Below, piece after piece: positions 36,388-47,895 of a stretch of DNA of 64,000 bases (position 1 is its first letter; the number at the start of each line of letters is the position of its first letter). The stretch spans positions 62,001 to 126,000 of the forward strand of contig NIVC01002293.1 of assembly GCA_002269645.1 (NCBI GenBank). The letters are read 5' to 3'. The position numbers and the translations under genes were made by a program. The notes under the pieces were generated by a model, which searched no databases, had not been told where the DNA came from, and was given only the letters and a program-made list of their open reading frames with translations. The DNA is from Macrostomum lignano (taxonomy: Eukaryota).

Positions 36388-36978
36388 CTGTGCTAGCCTG
36401 TGTGTGTCAGTGTTAGCCTGTGTGTGTCTGTGATAGCCTGTGTGTGTCTGTGCTAGCCTGTGTGTGTCTGTGTTAGCCTGTGTGTGTCTGTGCTAGCCTG
36501 TGCTAGCCTATGTGTGTCTGTGCTAGCCTGTGTGTGCTGTGCTAGCCTGTGTGTGTCTGTGTTAGCCTGTGTGTGTCTGTGCTAGCCTGTGCTAGCCTAT
36601 GTGTGTCTGTGCTAGCCTGTGTGTGTCTGTGCTAGCCTGTGTGTGTCTGTGCTAGCCTGTGTGTGTCTGTGCTAGCCTGTGTGTGTTTGTGCTACCCTTT
36701 ATGTGTGTCTGTGTTACCCTTTGTGTGTCTGTGCTACCCTTTATGTGTGTCTGTGTTACCCTTTATGTGTGTCTGTGTACCCTTTATGTGTGTCTGTGCT
36801 AGCCCATGTGTGTCTGTGCTAGCCCATGTGTGTCTGTGCTACCCTTTATGTGTGTCTGTGCTAGCCCATGTGTGTCTGTGCTAGCCCAGGTGTGTCTGTG
36901 CTAGCCCATGTGTGTCTGTGCTAGCCCATGTGTGTCTGTGCTAGCCCATGTGTGTCTGTGCTAGCCCATGTGTGTCTG
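36388..36978 (-). repeat. 20-bp minisatellite (right arm, reverse complement of 31745-32862)
   Basis: (CCATGTGTGTCTGTGCTAGC)n and (CCTGTGTGTGTCTGTGCTAG)n. Confidence 0.95.
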
Positions 36979-37431
36979 GAAATGAGTGCCGCTTGCAAAA
37001 CACAGATTGCAGGAAACACTTGGCAGGAAATTGTCCTTTTTGAAAATGGCAGTTTTGAGCAAAATTTTATTATCGAGTGCTTAAAAAAGAAGACACAGAA
37101 TAGAGAAACAAAAACCGCAGCTGCAGGACGATAGGATCAATGCTTGTGACACAAAGTTGGCAATTGGAAACAAAAAATTTACTTTTTTTCAAAAAAATAG
37201 CTGAAATACAAATTGTATACTACTTATCAGTAGTAGCTAGTAGTAGGAAATAATTCTGTACGATTGTATTAATGATTATAAATCACACTGGCACACGGCA
37301 ACTATGCGTTGGGAGCTGATCAGTACAATACGTTATCGGACAATTTAATGTAAATTTTTTAATTGGACACAAAGAAATAATTGGCCTGATAAAAATGGGC
37401 GGAGAAATGAGATTTTCTGATGGGCCCACTA

Positions 37432-37925
37432 CCCCACAGAAAATATCGATTTTCTGATTGACCTTCAACTGCCCCAGAAAATATCGATTTTCTGATTGAC
37501 CCTCAACTGCCCCAGAAAATATCGATTTTCTGATTGACCCTCAACTGCCCCAGAAAATATCGATTTTCTGATTGACCCTCAACTGCCCCAGAAAATATCG
37601 ATTTTCTGATTGACCCTCAACTGCCCCAGAAAATATCGATTTTCTGATTGACCCTCAACTGCCCCAGAAAAAATCGATTTTCTGATTGACCCTCAACTGC
37701 CCCAGAAAATATCGATTTTCTGATTGACCCTCAACTGCCCCAGAAAATATCGATTTTCTGATTGACCCTCAACTGCCCCAGAAAATATCGATTTTCTGAT
37801 TGACCCTCAACTGCCCCAGAAAATATCGATTTTCTGATTGACCCTCAACTGCCCCAGAAAAAATCGATTTTCTGATTGACCCTCAACTGCCCCAGAAAAC
37901 ATCGATTTTCTGATTTACCCTCAAC
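37432..37925. repeat. 38-bp minisatellite with an internal palindrome
   Basis: (CTGCCCCAGAAAATATCGATTTTCTGATTGACCCTCAA) x about 13; CAGAAAAT/ATTTTCTG form an 8-bp stem. Confidence 0.96.
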
Positions 37926-38559
37926 GTAGAAAAATTAATTCGGATTTGTTTACAACTTAGAAAGGATGTGTAATTCTTCTTAACCCAACCCACTTATAAT
38001 TGGCCAAGTTATTCAAGGACAAGAATTGGCTATATTGGTCAAACTCACAACCTGGCGACTAGCGCAGTTCAAGCACACACACACAACAAAGACTGAAGCC
38101 GGAGTCTTTGTGCTTAAAATGGATTGATAGCTAGCACAGCAAATAAATCCATTGAAGAGAAAAATAAGCGACTAAGTTTATTGAACTCTAAAAAACATGA
38201 CTGGCTGGATAGAATAGAAGAAAAATTGAATAATGAAAATACTTGCCTAAAATAAAAAAATGGTTGCAAAACTGTTCATACGTTTGTATCAGCACCGCAA
38301 ATAAATAGACACGCAGACATGCTACTGCAAGTAGCCAGAGAATCGGTCTAATTGAGCCAAATGATCGCGCAATGCTGCCAGGGAAGTTTTAAAAAATGAC
38401 AGCAATGGAAACAGAAATGTGTCAAGCAGGGTGAGGATAAAACTGGAGCCAGTACAGTACTTTCAATAAAACTATTAGCTGCAAGACGGAAGCAAAGATT
38501 TCATGAGCCGGAGGAGAAACAGAACAGAGGACGAAACCAGAGCACAGAGTCTCAGGCGG

Positions 38560-41500
38560 TCACATGATGCTGCACCGCTGGTCACCCGACTCTCCCGCTC
38601 GGAGGCGCCGCTTCCCAGTAAGGATTTGGCGCTGGAAATCGGCGCGCAGCTTGCGCCAGGCCACCTCCTGCGGGGCGCGGTTGAGGGGGTGGGGTGGTTG
38701 AGGAGCGATTCTTGGTGTGGTTGAGGGGCCATTCTTTAGGGTGGTTGAAGGGGCGATTCTTTAGGGTGGTTGAGGGGCCATTCTTTAGGGTGGTTGAAGG
38801 GGCGATTCTTTAGGGTGGTTGAGAGGCGATTCTTTAGGGTGGTTGAGGGGCGATTTTTTAGGGTGGTTGAGGGGCGATTCTTTAGGGTGGTTGAGGGGCG
38901 ATTCTTTAGGGTGGTTGAGGGGCGATTCTTTAGGGTGCTTGAGAGGCGATTCTTTAGGGTGGTTGAGGGGCGATTCTTTAGGGTGGTTGAGGGGCGATTC
39001 TTTAGGGTGCTTGAGAGGCGATTCTTTAGGGTGGTTGAGGGGCGATTCTTTAGGGTGGTTGAGAGGCGATTCTTTAGGGTTGTTGAGGGGCGATTTTTTA
39101 GGTGGTCGATTAGTTTCTTAGGAGGCTGTTTACTAATATTAGTTGGTTCACGACAATTTAGACGCAGGCGTCTGGCACGCACCTGACCCCGAGAGTCCAG
39201 CAGAGTGCCATCGTAGCTGTTAGCCTGGCCCAAGCCGGTGCTCTTAGAGACAAACTCCAAGGGCGGTTTGGCGGTCTTGCCAGAGTCCGAGCTCCACACC
39301 TGCATGAATGGACGCATGGAACATAGATTTAAAGTTATCATCAACTGACAATGAGCATCAACTGACAATGAGCATCAACTGACAATGAGCATCAACTGAC
39401 AATGAGCATCAACTGACAATGAGCATCAACTGACAATGAGCATCAACTGACAATGAGCATCAACTGACAATGAGCATCAACTGACAATGAGCATCAACTG
39501 ACAATGAGCATCAACTGACAATGAGCATCAACTGACAATGAGCATCAACTGACAATGAGCATCAACTGACAACGATCATCAACAGGCAACTCACGGTGAT
39601 CTCAGCCATCGCAGGCGCCGCAGTCTTGGCCGGGAAGCGGTACTCAAACCGCCGGGCCCCATCATCGGCCGAACAACGCAGAGTCCAGCCGCCCAGTCCG
39701 ACTTCAGTCTCGCCGGTGTTTCTCAGCCGGACAAACTGGCCATCCGAATCGATCTCGGCCAATTGCATCGGGCCCCGCTGCTCCTGACTGGCCGAGTACC
39801 GCCGTTCGAATTCTTCATCAAATTCGTCGCCGCTGCCCAACCGGCGTCGCTTGGCGCCGTGCCGATGGGGTGAATAATTGGTGCGCCGCTGCTCCTCCTC
39901 CAGCAGCTGCCTGTAGGCCAGGATCTCCTGGTCCAGAGCCAGCTTGCTAGTCAGAAGGATGTTATACTCCTCCAGCTGCTCGGCCAGCCGCTCCCGATTC
40001 TTGCGCTCCTCCTCGCGCAGGAATTCCAGTTGCTGCTCGAAATTCTCCCGCTCCCGGCGCAGCGCCTCCTCCAGACGGGACTGGCCGGCGCGGAGCAGCT
40101 CCGCCTCCTTCAGCGCCTTCTCCAGGGCCAGCTCGCTGTCGTTTAGGCGGCGGCGAAGCTCGAGGAGCTCCTCGCGACTGCTCCTGCGGGTGGGGTGCAT
40201 CGGGGTGGGATTGACTCAGACACGGATTAGCGATGGCGTAATGCGGATTAGCGATGGTGTAATGCGGATTAGCGATGGTGTAATGCGGATTAGCGATAGA
40301 GTAATGCGGATTAGCGATAGTGTAATGCGGATTAGCGATGGTGTAATGCGGATTAGCGAGGCTGAGCAAGGATTAACGAGACTAACGAACCTGGCATCTT
40401 GCGAATACTTGTCCGAACTGGATCGCAACTCGTCCATTTTGGCCTTGAAGGTGGCCTCCAGATTGAGCCGGAACTCGGCAGCGGACTGGTCAGCCTCCAG
40501 CCTGGCCCGGCGGAGCTCCTCGCACAGGCGGGACTCGAACTCGGCCTCCTGACTCCGGGTGACCTCCTCGATAACGACGCTGCGCTCTTGAAATCGACTG
40601 CGCTCCTCTTTGAGCAGGCTATCGCGAAAGGCCGCCTCCTCTTTTGCTGTCTGCAGCCGGTTCTCCAGCTCAGTTTTCAGCTTCACCTCAGTCTCCAGCT
40701 GGTCGCGAAATGTGCGCAGCTGAGCCAGCGAGTCCTGCAGCTCCGACTGGGAAAGCGAGGAGGGCAGGTAAGATTTTGTAGGCTTTTTCATCGGGCGCAT
40801 ACTCGTACCTACCGGATTATCGGGTTGAGTATCTATCCACTGGATTATCGGGTTGAGTATCTATCCACTGGATTATCGGGTTGAGTATCTATCCACCGGA
40901 TTATCGGGTTGAGTATCTATCCACTGGATTATCGGGTTGAGTATCTATCCACTGGATTATCGGGTTGAGTATTTATCCACTGGATTATCGGGTTGAGTAT
41001 CTATCCACCGGATTATCGGGTTGAGAATCTATCCACTGGATTATCGGGTTGAGTATTTATCCACTGGATTATCGGGTTGAGTATTTATCCACTGGATTAT
41101 CGGGTTGAGTATTTATCCACTGGATTATCGGGTTGAGTATCTATCCACTGGATTATCGGATTGAGTATCTATCCACTGGATTATCGGGTTGAGTATTTAT
41201 CCACTGGATTATCGGGTTGAGTATCTATCCACTGGATTATCGGGTTGAGTATCTATCCACTGGATTATCGGGTTGAGTATTTATCCACTGGATTATCGGG
41301 TTGAGTATCTATCCACTGGATTATCGGGTTGAGTATCTATCCACTGGATTATCGGGTTGAGTATCTATCCACTGGATTATCGGGTTGAGTATCTATCCAC
41401 TGGATTATCGGGTTGAGTATTTATCCACTGGATTATCGGGTTGAGTATCTATCCACTGGATTATCGGGTTGAGTATCTATCCACCGGATTATCGGGTTGA

Positions 41501-44500
41501 GAATCTATCCACTGGATTATCGGGTTGAGTATTTATCCACTGGATTATCGGGTTGAGTATCTATCCACTGGATTATCGGATTGAGTATCTATCCACTGGA
41601 TTATCGGGTTGAGTATTTATCCACTGGATTATCGGGTTGAGTATCTATCCACTGGATTATCGGGTTGAGTATCTATCCACTGGATTATCGGGTTGAGTAT
41701 CTATCCACTGGATTATCGGGTTGAATATCTATCCACTGGATTATCGGGTTGAGTATCTATCCACTGGATTATCGGGTTGAGTATCTATCCACTGGATTAT
41801 CGGGTTGAGTATCTATCCACTGGATTATCGGGTTGAGTAATCAAGAATCAAGGATGAACCAGACACAATTCGAGCTTGCGGCAGTGCTGCTGTCAACTCT
41901 GCTGCTCAAGGTGCTCGGCAGCAGCCAGCGCTGTCCCATGCCCGCCACCTACACGGCTGTGAATGGCAGCCTGTGTATAAACGAGCAGTTCACGGAGATT
42001 CGCATGGCTGGCATCATATCCGAGCTCGAGTGCTCCCTCAAGTGCAACGCCCGGCCCTTCTGCCAGGCCTTCAGCATCTCCGACGGTACCCGCAAACTCT
42101 TCCTGTTCAACAGGTGCAGCAGGGGAGTGGCAGTGCGGCAACTGCTCAAGAAGGGGCACGGTCTTCATCAAGCAACAGAAAGGACTCGAGCCGGGACAGC
42201 TGTGCCCAGCTGAGTACACAGACCGGCTGTGCGGCCTCCGGTTGGCAGTGCATGAGCACTCTTACAATTGGCAGGAGGCAATGGAGAGGTGCCAAAACGA
42301 TAGCGGACTGGTTGTCATGGCCGATGTGACTGACGCTGAGATGACCTTCATTGACACCCAGTACTACACCCAGTTCTACAGCCAGTGTAAGTAACAGTTC
42401 TCAGGCCGGCTTACTCATGCCAGATGGATACAGTGATCGAATTTGATTTCATTTTAGCCAAGTCCCTGTGGCTCGGAGGCATGCAGACTCCTGTCCAGCC
42501 CCTGTCCAAGGACGGCTGGTACTGGGCCGACTGCAACACCACAGTGGACAGCAGCCTGTGGGGCTGGGCTCAGCCGGATAACTACCAAACAAAGGAAATC
42601 GTTACTGGCAGGTACTTTGCTGTCCAAAAACTCAATGACTACCCCGTGTCGCCAACTTTCGTCGAGCCTGTTGGCGTCATCTGCAAGTGCGTGTTCCCGT
42701 TCGACTGAGACCTGTTTTCTTGACGTAAACATCTGCCAACTTCCGTTGAGTCCTGAGCACATACAAGCGCGCCAATACTGTACACAGGCACGCACTCAAA
42801 CACACGCTCACACAGGGTGTACATCGGCCCCGACTTTCTAAACGCCCTCTAAGAGGGGAGAGAGGATGAAAGATCTAGCTATGTATGTCAAGTTTCTTAG
42901 AGTTTCATTGCTGCCTCTAACTTATTGTTCTCATAGTAACGAATTTAAGCAAAAGCAAAACATAGTGTATCACTTTTCCTATTGCAGTCTTACTTATCCC
43001 CTGTCCAAATACTCTCAAGTATACATTATAAAATCTATACATATTAAAACTGTGTCTGTCCTATCTGATAAGAAATGTAAACATCAACCATAGCTTACTG
43101 TCTAAAACCTGAATCTGTAACAATCTTTTTAAATTGTATGCTTTTAATGGCGGTTCGGAGCGTTTAATGGAGAGTAATCCCACACTGTGGACAGAGTGAT
43201 CCCACTCGGTGGACAGAGTGATCCCACATGGGTTGACAGATTGATCCCACACGGTGGACAGAGTGATCCCACATGGGCTGACAGAGTGGTCCCACATGGG
43301 CTGACAGAGTGATCCCACACGGTGGACAAAGTGATCCCACATGGTGGACAGAGTGATCCCACACGGTGGACAGAGTGATCCCACAAGGTGGACAGAGTGA
43401 TCCCACACGGTGGACAGAGTGATTCCACAAGGTGGACAGATTGATCCCACACGGTGGACAGAGTGATCCCACAAGGTGGACAGATTGATCCCACACGGTG
43501 GACAGAGTGATCCCACTCGGTGGACAGAGTGATCCCACATGGGTTGACAGATTGATCCCACACGGTGGACAGAGTGATCCCACATGGGCTGACAGAGTGG
43601 TCCCACATGGGCTGACAGAGTGATCCCACACGGTGGACAAAGTGATCCCACATGGTGGACAGAGTGATCCCACACGGTGGACAGAGTGATCCCACAAGGT
43701 GGACAGAGTGATCCCACACGGTGGACAGAGTGATTCCACATGGGCTGACAGAGTGATCCCACACGGTGGACAGAGTGATCCCACATGGGCTGACAGAGTG
43801 GTCCCACAGGGTGAACAGATTGATCCCACACGGTGGACAGAGTGATCCCACATGGGCTGAAAGAGTGGTCCCACATGGGCTGACAGAGTGATCCCACACG
43901 GTGGACAGAGTGATCCCACACGGTGGACAGAGTGATCCCACAGGGTGAACAGAGTGATCCCACACGGTGGACAGAGTGATCCCACAGGGTGAACAGAGTG
44001 ATCCCACACGGTGGACAGAGTGATCCCACAGGGTGGACAGAGTGATCCCACACGGTGGACAAAGTGATCCCGCGGTGCCGCACCTGCAGCCGCTGATTCT
44101 CTCGCTCGGCCCGTTCGGCGGCGATCTGAGCCTTGCGCAGAGCCGCGGCCTCCTTGGCGCCGGCAGCGGCGGCCGCCTCCAGGGCAGCGACGCGATCGCG
44201 CAGCCTGGCGGCCTCGGCGCGCAGGTCGCTGGCCTCCGCCTCGGCCTCGGCTGCCCGGTCCAAATCCCGCTGCTGGTCCTTCAGCGACCTGGGGCGGAAT
44301 GCGTTACAATACTGAGTTAGTAGTGCATAGGGATCTTTGTTGAGATCAGGCGCGCGAACTTGAAAGGAAAAACAACCGTCAAAAAGGAGCAACGCTTGCG
44401 ACTTGTGGCGAAGAGGCTCTCTGCTTACCGGAATGGCAAGCAATTCTGCTTCAAGCCAAGCTGGCTTCTGAGCACCTACAAGGCAGCCAGTCATACACAC

Positions 44501-45202
44501 GCTCACACAGGGTGTTACAGCGGTCCTGGCTTTCTAATTGTCATTCTATAGACAGCGCATCAAGCTATTGGAAAGCAGTCCAACTAACTTCTCCAATGCG
44601 GCGGCCTGCTTCTCCGCCTGAGCCCGTTCAGCATTGGCCTTGTCCAGAGCCAGCTGCAGGTCCGCCCGCTCCCCGGCCAGCCGGTCCAGCTGCTGTCGCA
44701 GGCCGCCAATCTCCCGCTCGTACAGGCCTGTGCTCTGGCTGAACTCCTGGTTAGCCGACTCGCTCAGAGACTCGTACTGGCGGCGGACGGTCTCCGCAGA
44801 CTGCTGCTGAGAGCGTACAAACTCAATATAGCAGGCCAGCTTAGTGTTGAGGTGGGCCAGCTCTTCTTTCTCTTGTTCACGAGAGATTGCTAGCGGACTG
44901 CGCGATCGGCGATGCCGACTGCCGCCTACGCTGGAACTGCTGGAGCTGGCTGCTGCCGCTGTTATTGGGGTGCCAGTGAGCAGCGAAGTGACCTTCTTTG
45001 TCACTGTGGTCACTACAGTGCTAGCTTCCTGCTGCTGCTGCTCCTGCTGCTCAATATTTTCCTCAAATTCTCCCTGCTGCTGCTCGCTGACGATTTCCTC
45101 CGCCTCTGTGACAATGGACTCAGCCTGTTTCTGCTGCTTGGAGGTCTCAGCAGCTTTGCCGCGCTCCGACTTTCTAGTCTTTCCTGTCTGTTTTGTTGAC
45201 AT
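38560..45202 (-). CDS. LMN: B-type nuclear lamin with C-terminal CaaX, 6 coding exons, about 662 aa
   Basis: Exons: 45202-44589, 44288-44084, 40746-40391, 40183-39595, 39299-39183, 38667-38560; all phases are consistent. Features: head CDK1 site plus coil 1A (SPLAISREQEKEELAHLNTKLACYIEFVR), ENRLQTAKEE, rod end (KLALDQEILAYRQLLEEE), NLS (AKRRRL), Ig-fold LTD (IDSDGQFVRLRN...LGGWTL...ITVWSSDSG...GQEVAWRK), C-terminus CSIM*. Confidence 0.96.
38705..39100. repeat. 24-bp minisatellite in lamin intron 5
   Basis: (GGGGCGATTCTTTAGGGTGGTTGA)n. Confidence 0.95.
39345..39572. repeat. 17-bp perfect minisatellite in lamin intron 4
   Basis: (CATCAACTGACAATGAG) x about 13. Confidence 0.96.
40220..40370. 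repeat. 21-bp minisatellite in lamin intron 3
   Basis: (GTAATGCGGATTAGCGATGGT)n. Confidence 0.94.
40810..41838. repeat. 28-bp minisatellite in lamin intron 2, directly upstream of the nested gene
   Basis: (GGATTATCGGGTTGAGTATCTATCCACT) x about 36. Confidence 0.96.
41854..42708 (+). CDS. Secreted PAN/Apple + C-type lectin domain protein, nested antisense in lamin intron 2 (about 251 aa)
   Basis: Exons: 41854-42085, 42114-42386, 42458-42708. Signal-peptide-like N-terminus (FELAAVLLSTLLLKVLG), PAN motif (ECSLKCNARPFCQAFS...WQC), CTLD (CPAEY...SYNWQEAMERCQ...LWLGG...WYWAD...WGWAQPDN...LND...ICK). The first intron is only 28 nt (or a frameshift). Confidence 0.78.
43175..44070. repeat. 22-23-bp minisatellite in lamin intron 2
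   Basis: (GTGGACAGAGTGATCCCACACG)n with variants. Confidence 0.95.
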
Positions 45203-46094
45203 TTCTGCTTTCAGCCGATTGCTGCTTAATGCAGCAGTGAAGAAATCGTTTTTCTTAGAAATTGCTTAGGATACCAATCAAAGCACAAGATGGAAGAATT
45301 GATTAAAGTTTGTAAAAAGCTGAGAACATTTAGTTATATTTATTTATTTATTAATTGAGTAATTTTTGCTATGGGCATGCTAGCTTAGCCTACCTGCTTG
45401 CCTTTTATAAGCATTTTTGCCTTTTTGTTTAGTTATTATATTTGCTCTGTAGGTATTACATAGGGTAAAATTAGCAATTAAAATCTTAATTAAGAGAGAG
45501 CTATGCAAGCAAGGGTTGAGATGTAGGTGTCTTTAATTAAGGTTTTTTCTAACCTTTCTTCTATTACTATATTAATATAGCTTTTTGCAGCACATTTGTA
45601 CCTATGCGCATTGAATTTAATCCAAGATAAGTTTGCCAATATAATAGAGCTTTTGTCTATGGTATTAAGGCTGGCTTAGCAGCATTGAATTAGGTCCAAA
45701 TCAATCAAGCTTTATTAGCAATTGCAACAAAAGAGCAAGATTGCAACCCTATAATTGTAGACCATATACTAGGTTTTCAAGTGTCAAATGAATGCCATTG
45801 GCTTATGATCTAAGCACTAAGCAGAGATAATCACCCAAAAGACATTGCAATGCTGCTAAATATAGCTCATAAAAGAAAAGGAAAATATCTAGCAGTGCAT
45901 TGAAACCATTGTTAGTAGAGGTTGCCTACAAAAGGAAAGAGAACCCTTTATTACATTGCAGAAAATTTAACAGAAGTTGAAAGAATAGTTCTAGTTGGTT
46001 ATCAGGTTTTTTATTATTAGCAGAGCTCTAGAAAAGCAACTAAATCAACTTGCTAATAAAGACATTTATATTCTAGCAATATGCCAATGGTTGC

Positions 46095-46730
46095 CCCTAT
46101 AGGAAAAAGTTGTAAAACTGCGGACGGCGTCCAACGCACTTTTGAAATTTTTTTAAGTGCAGTGCGCGCACAGGTGCGCAGCACCTGCGCACGCGGTGCC
46201 CTTCCCCACTGGCTGCTGCTTAAGCAAATAAATATACATGGAAGGGGGCCTAATACCTCTGTAGAAGGAGCCTATACACTTGTCATTTATAATACCTAGC
46301 AATGTTCCAAAATTTCAATTTCAATTTTCAAAAATTCAAAATTTTTAAGAGCAAATTTTGATTTCGAAAAAAATCGGAAGTCTCAGATCTCAAGTCTTTT
46401 GAAATTTCAAAAGTGTCTAAGGGGCTAAAAATAAACAGCGAGTAATTTCTGCTACATATACATTTATTTTGTTTTGCATAAGCAGTAAATCAAAATGTAA
46501 AAAAGTAAGTGTTAGTCATATTAAACTTTGTTTTTCTAAATTTTGATTTCGGAAAATTTCAAGTTCAATTTCAATTTTGGAAAGTTATTGAATTTTGATT
46601 TCAACAGATTGAAATGGACGATTTCGTCAATTGCAATGGAACATCTCTAATAATGCTAAAGTGCAGTAAAATAATTTGACTCTACTCTAAAGTGCGCATC
46701 CGCAGGTTTTTAACTTTTATTCCAATAGGG
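46095..46730. mobile_element. 636-bp non-autonomous DNA transposon (MITE) with ~30-bp TIRs and 8-bp TSD
   Basis: Left TIR CCCTATAGGAAAAAGTTGTAAAACTGCGGA; right TIR (reverse complement) CCCTATTGGAATAAAAGTTAAAAACCTGCGGA. ATGGTTGC at 46087-46094 and 46731-46738. Confidence 0.85.
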
Positions 46731-47782
46731 ATGGTTGCTATGAGTTGGGGTTGCATGTATATTTTACTTCTATATATTAGGCCATATCCAATCAATATGA
46801 ATCAGAACAGTACTATGCCTCAAATATATATTCACTGGTTGTAGGCTCTTGTGAGGGCCATACTATTTTTCTACCTTACACTAACCATCCGAGTTTACTC
46901 ATTACAGTTGCAAGAAAACAAGAGTTTGCCAAATGGCTCACAAGCATTTGGACAAAATTGATGCTTACTGGACCAAATTAAATGCCACTATATTAGCTTT
47001 GATACTATAGGCAAATGCTTCTATTATATTAGCAAATATATTCATAAATTCAATATACATAGACCCAAATGGGTTACAAAAAGCTATGGTACTAACTAAG
47101 CCTATAAGCTAAGAGCCTAAGGCTAAGAATTGTAAGGCCTAATAATTATTAAAGATAGGCCTAGGCTAAAATTTTTGCTTTAGACAAGTTTCATTCAAAT
47201 TTAAACTTAGGCCTAGGCCCTAATACTCAATAAATAAATATTTTAAAGAAAAAAAATTAAATGATTTTAAACTTGACTTGATAGGGACCTATAATAAGAC
47301 TTTTTATCTAGTTAATTTATCTAAGAAATTATTATATATCTTCTTAGCTTTATTAAGTTCATTGCTAGTATTAGTTATATATATTTTAAATATGTTTGTT
47401 TATTTTTATTGCATACTTATAATAGGCCTTATAATAAAAAAATTGACTTTCTAGATTAGACCTAGGCCTATATTATTGTTATGCTACTTATCTATCTTGG
47501 TTGTAAATGAGCTATAATATAAATTTATTATAAGAATCTAACTAATCAATAAACAGTCTTAATAAATAGGCCTAACACCTAATATATAATAAATAAAGCC
47601 AAAACATTTGAAATAGATTATTAATATATAGACTAGGCCTATTTTGAATGGCATTTTTTATTCTTTATTTTCTAGGAATATAATAGCAATAAGATTGGCT
47701 TATATCTAGCCACATAGTGTATAGGCCTTCATATATAGGCTATGTTACTATGTAGGCCCCTATATAGTTACAATACAAGTTA

Positions 47783-47895
47783 GGCTATCTTCTCAAATCG
47801 TTTGTTTAATTCCAACCCCCATCCCCCCCACCACCCTTGAATAGAGGGCGAAATAATTCTGGAAATAATTAAACAAACGATTCGAGAAGATTGCC
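47783..47895. mobile_element. 113-bp MITE with 29-bp TIRs and 9-bp TSD (Mutator-like)
   Basis: GGCTATCTTCTCAAATCGTTTGTTTAATT vs reverse complement GGCAATCTTCTCGAATCGTTTGTTTAATT (2 mismatches). TACAAGTTA at 47774-47782 and 47896-47904. Confidence 0.88.

Noticed and set aside
37432-37925. CRISPR-like array (38-bp palindromic unit); also considered for 40810-41838 and 51092-51421
   Set aside because: Head-to-tail repeats without unique spacers, no cas genes, eukaryotic context.
38705-39100. Telomeric TTTAGGG in the 24-bp unit
   Set aside because: One heptamer per unit, not a tandem telomeric tract.
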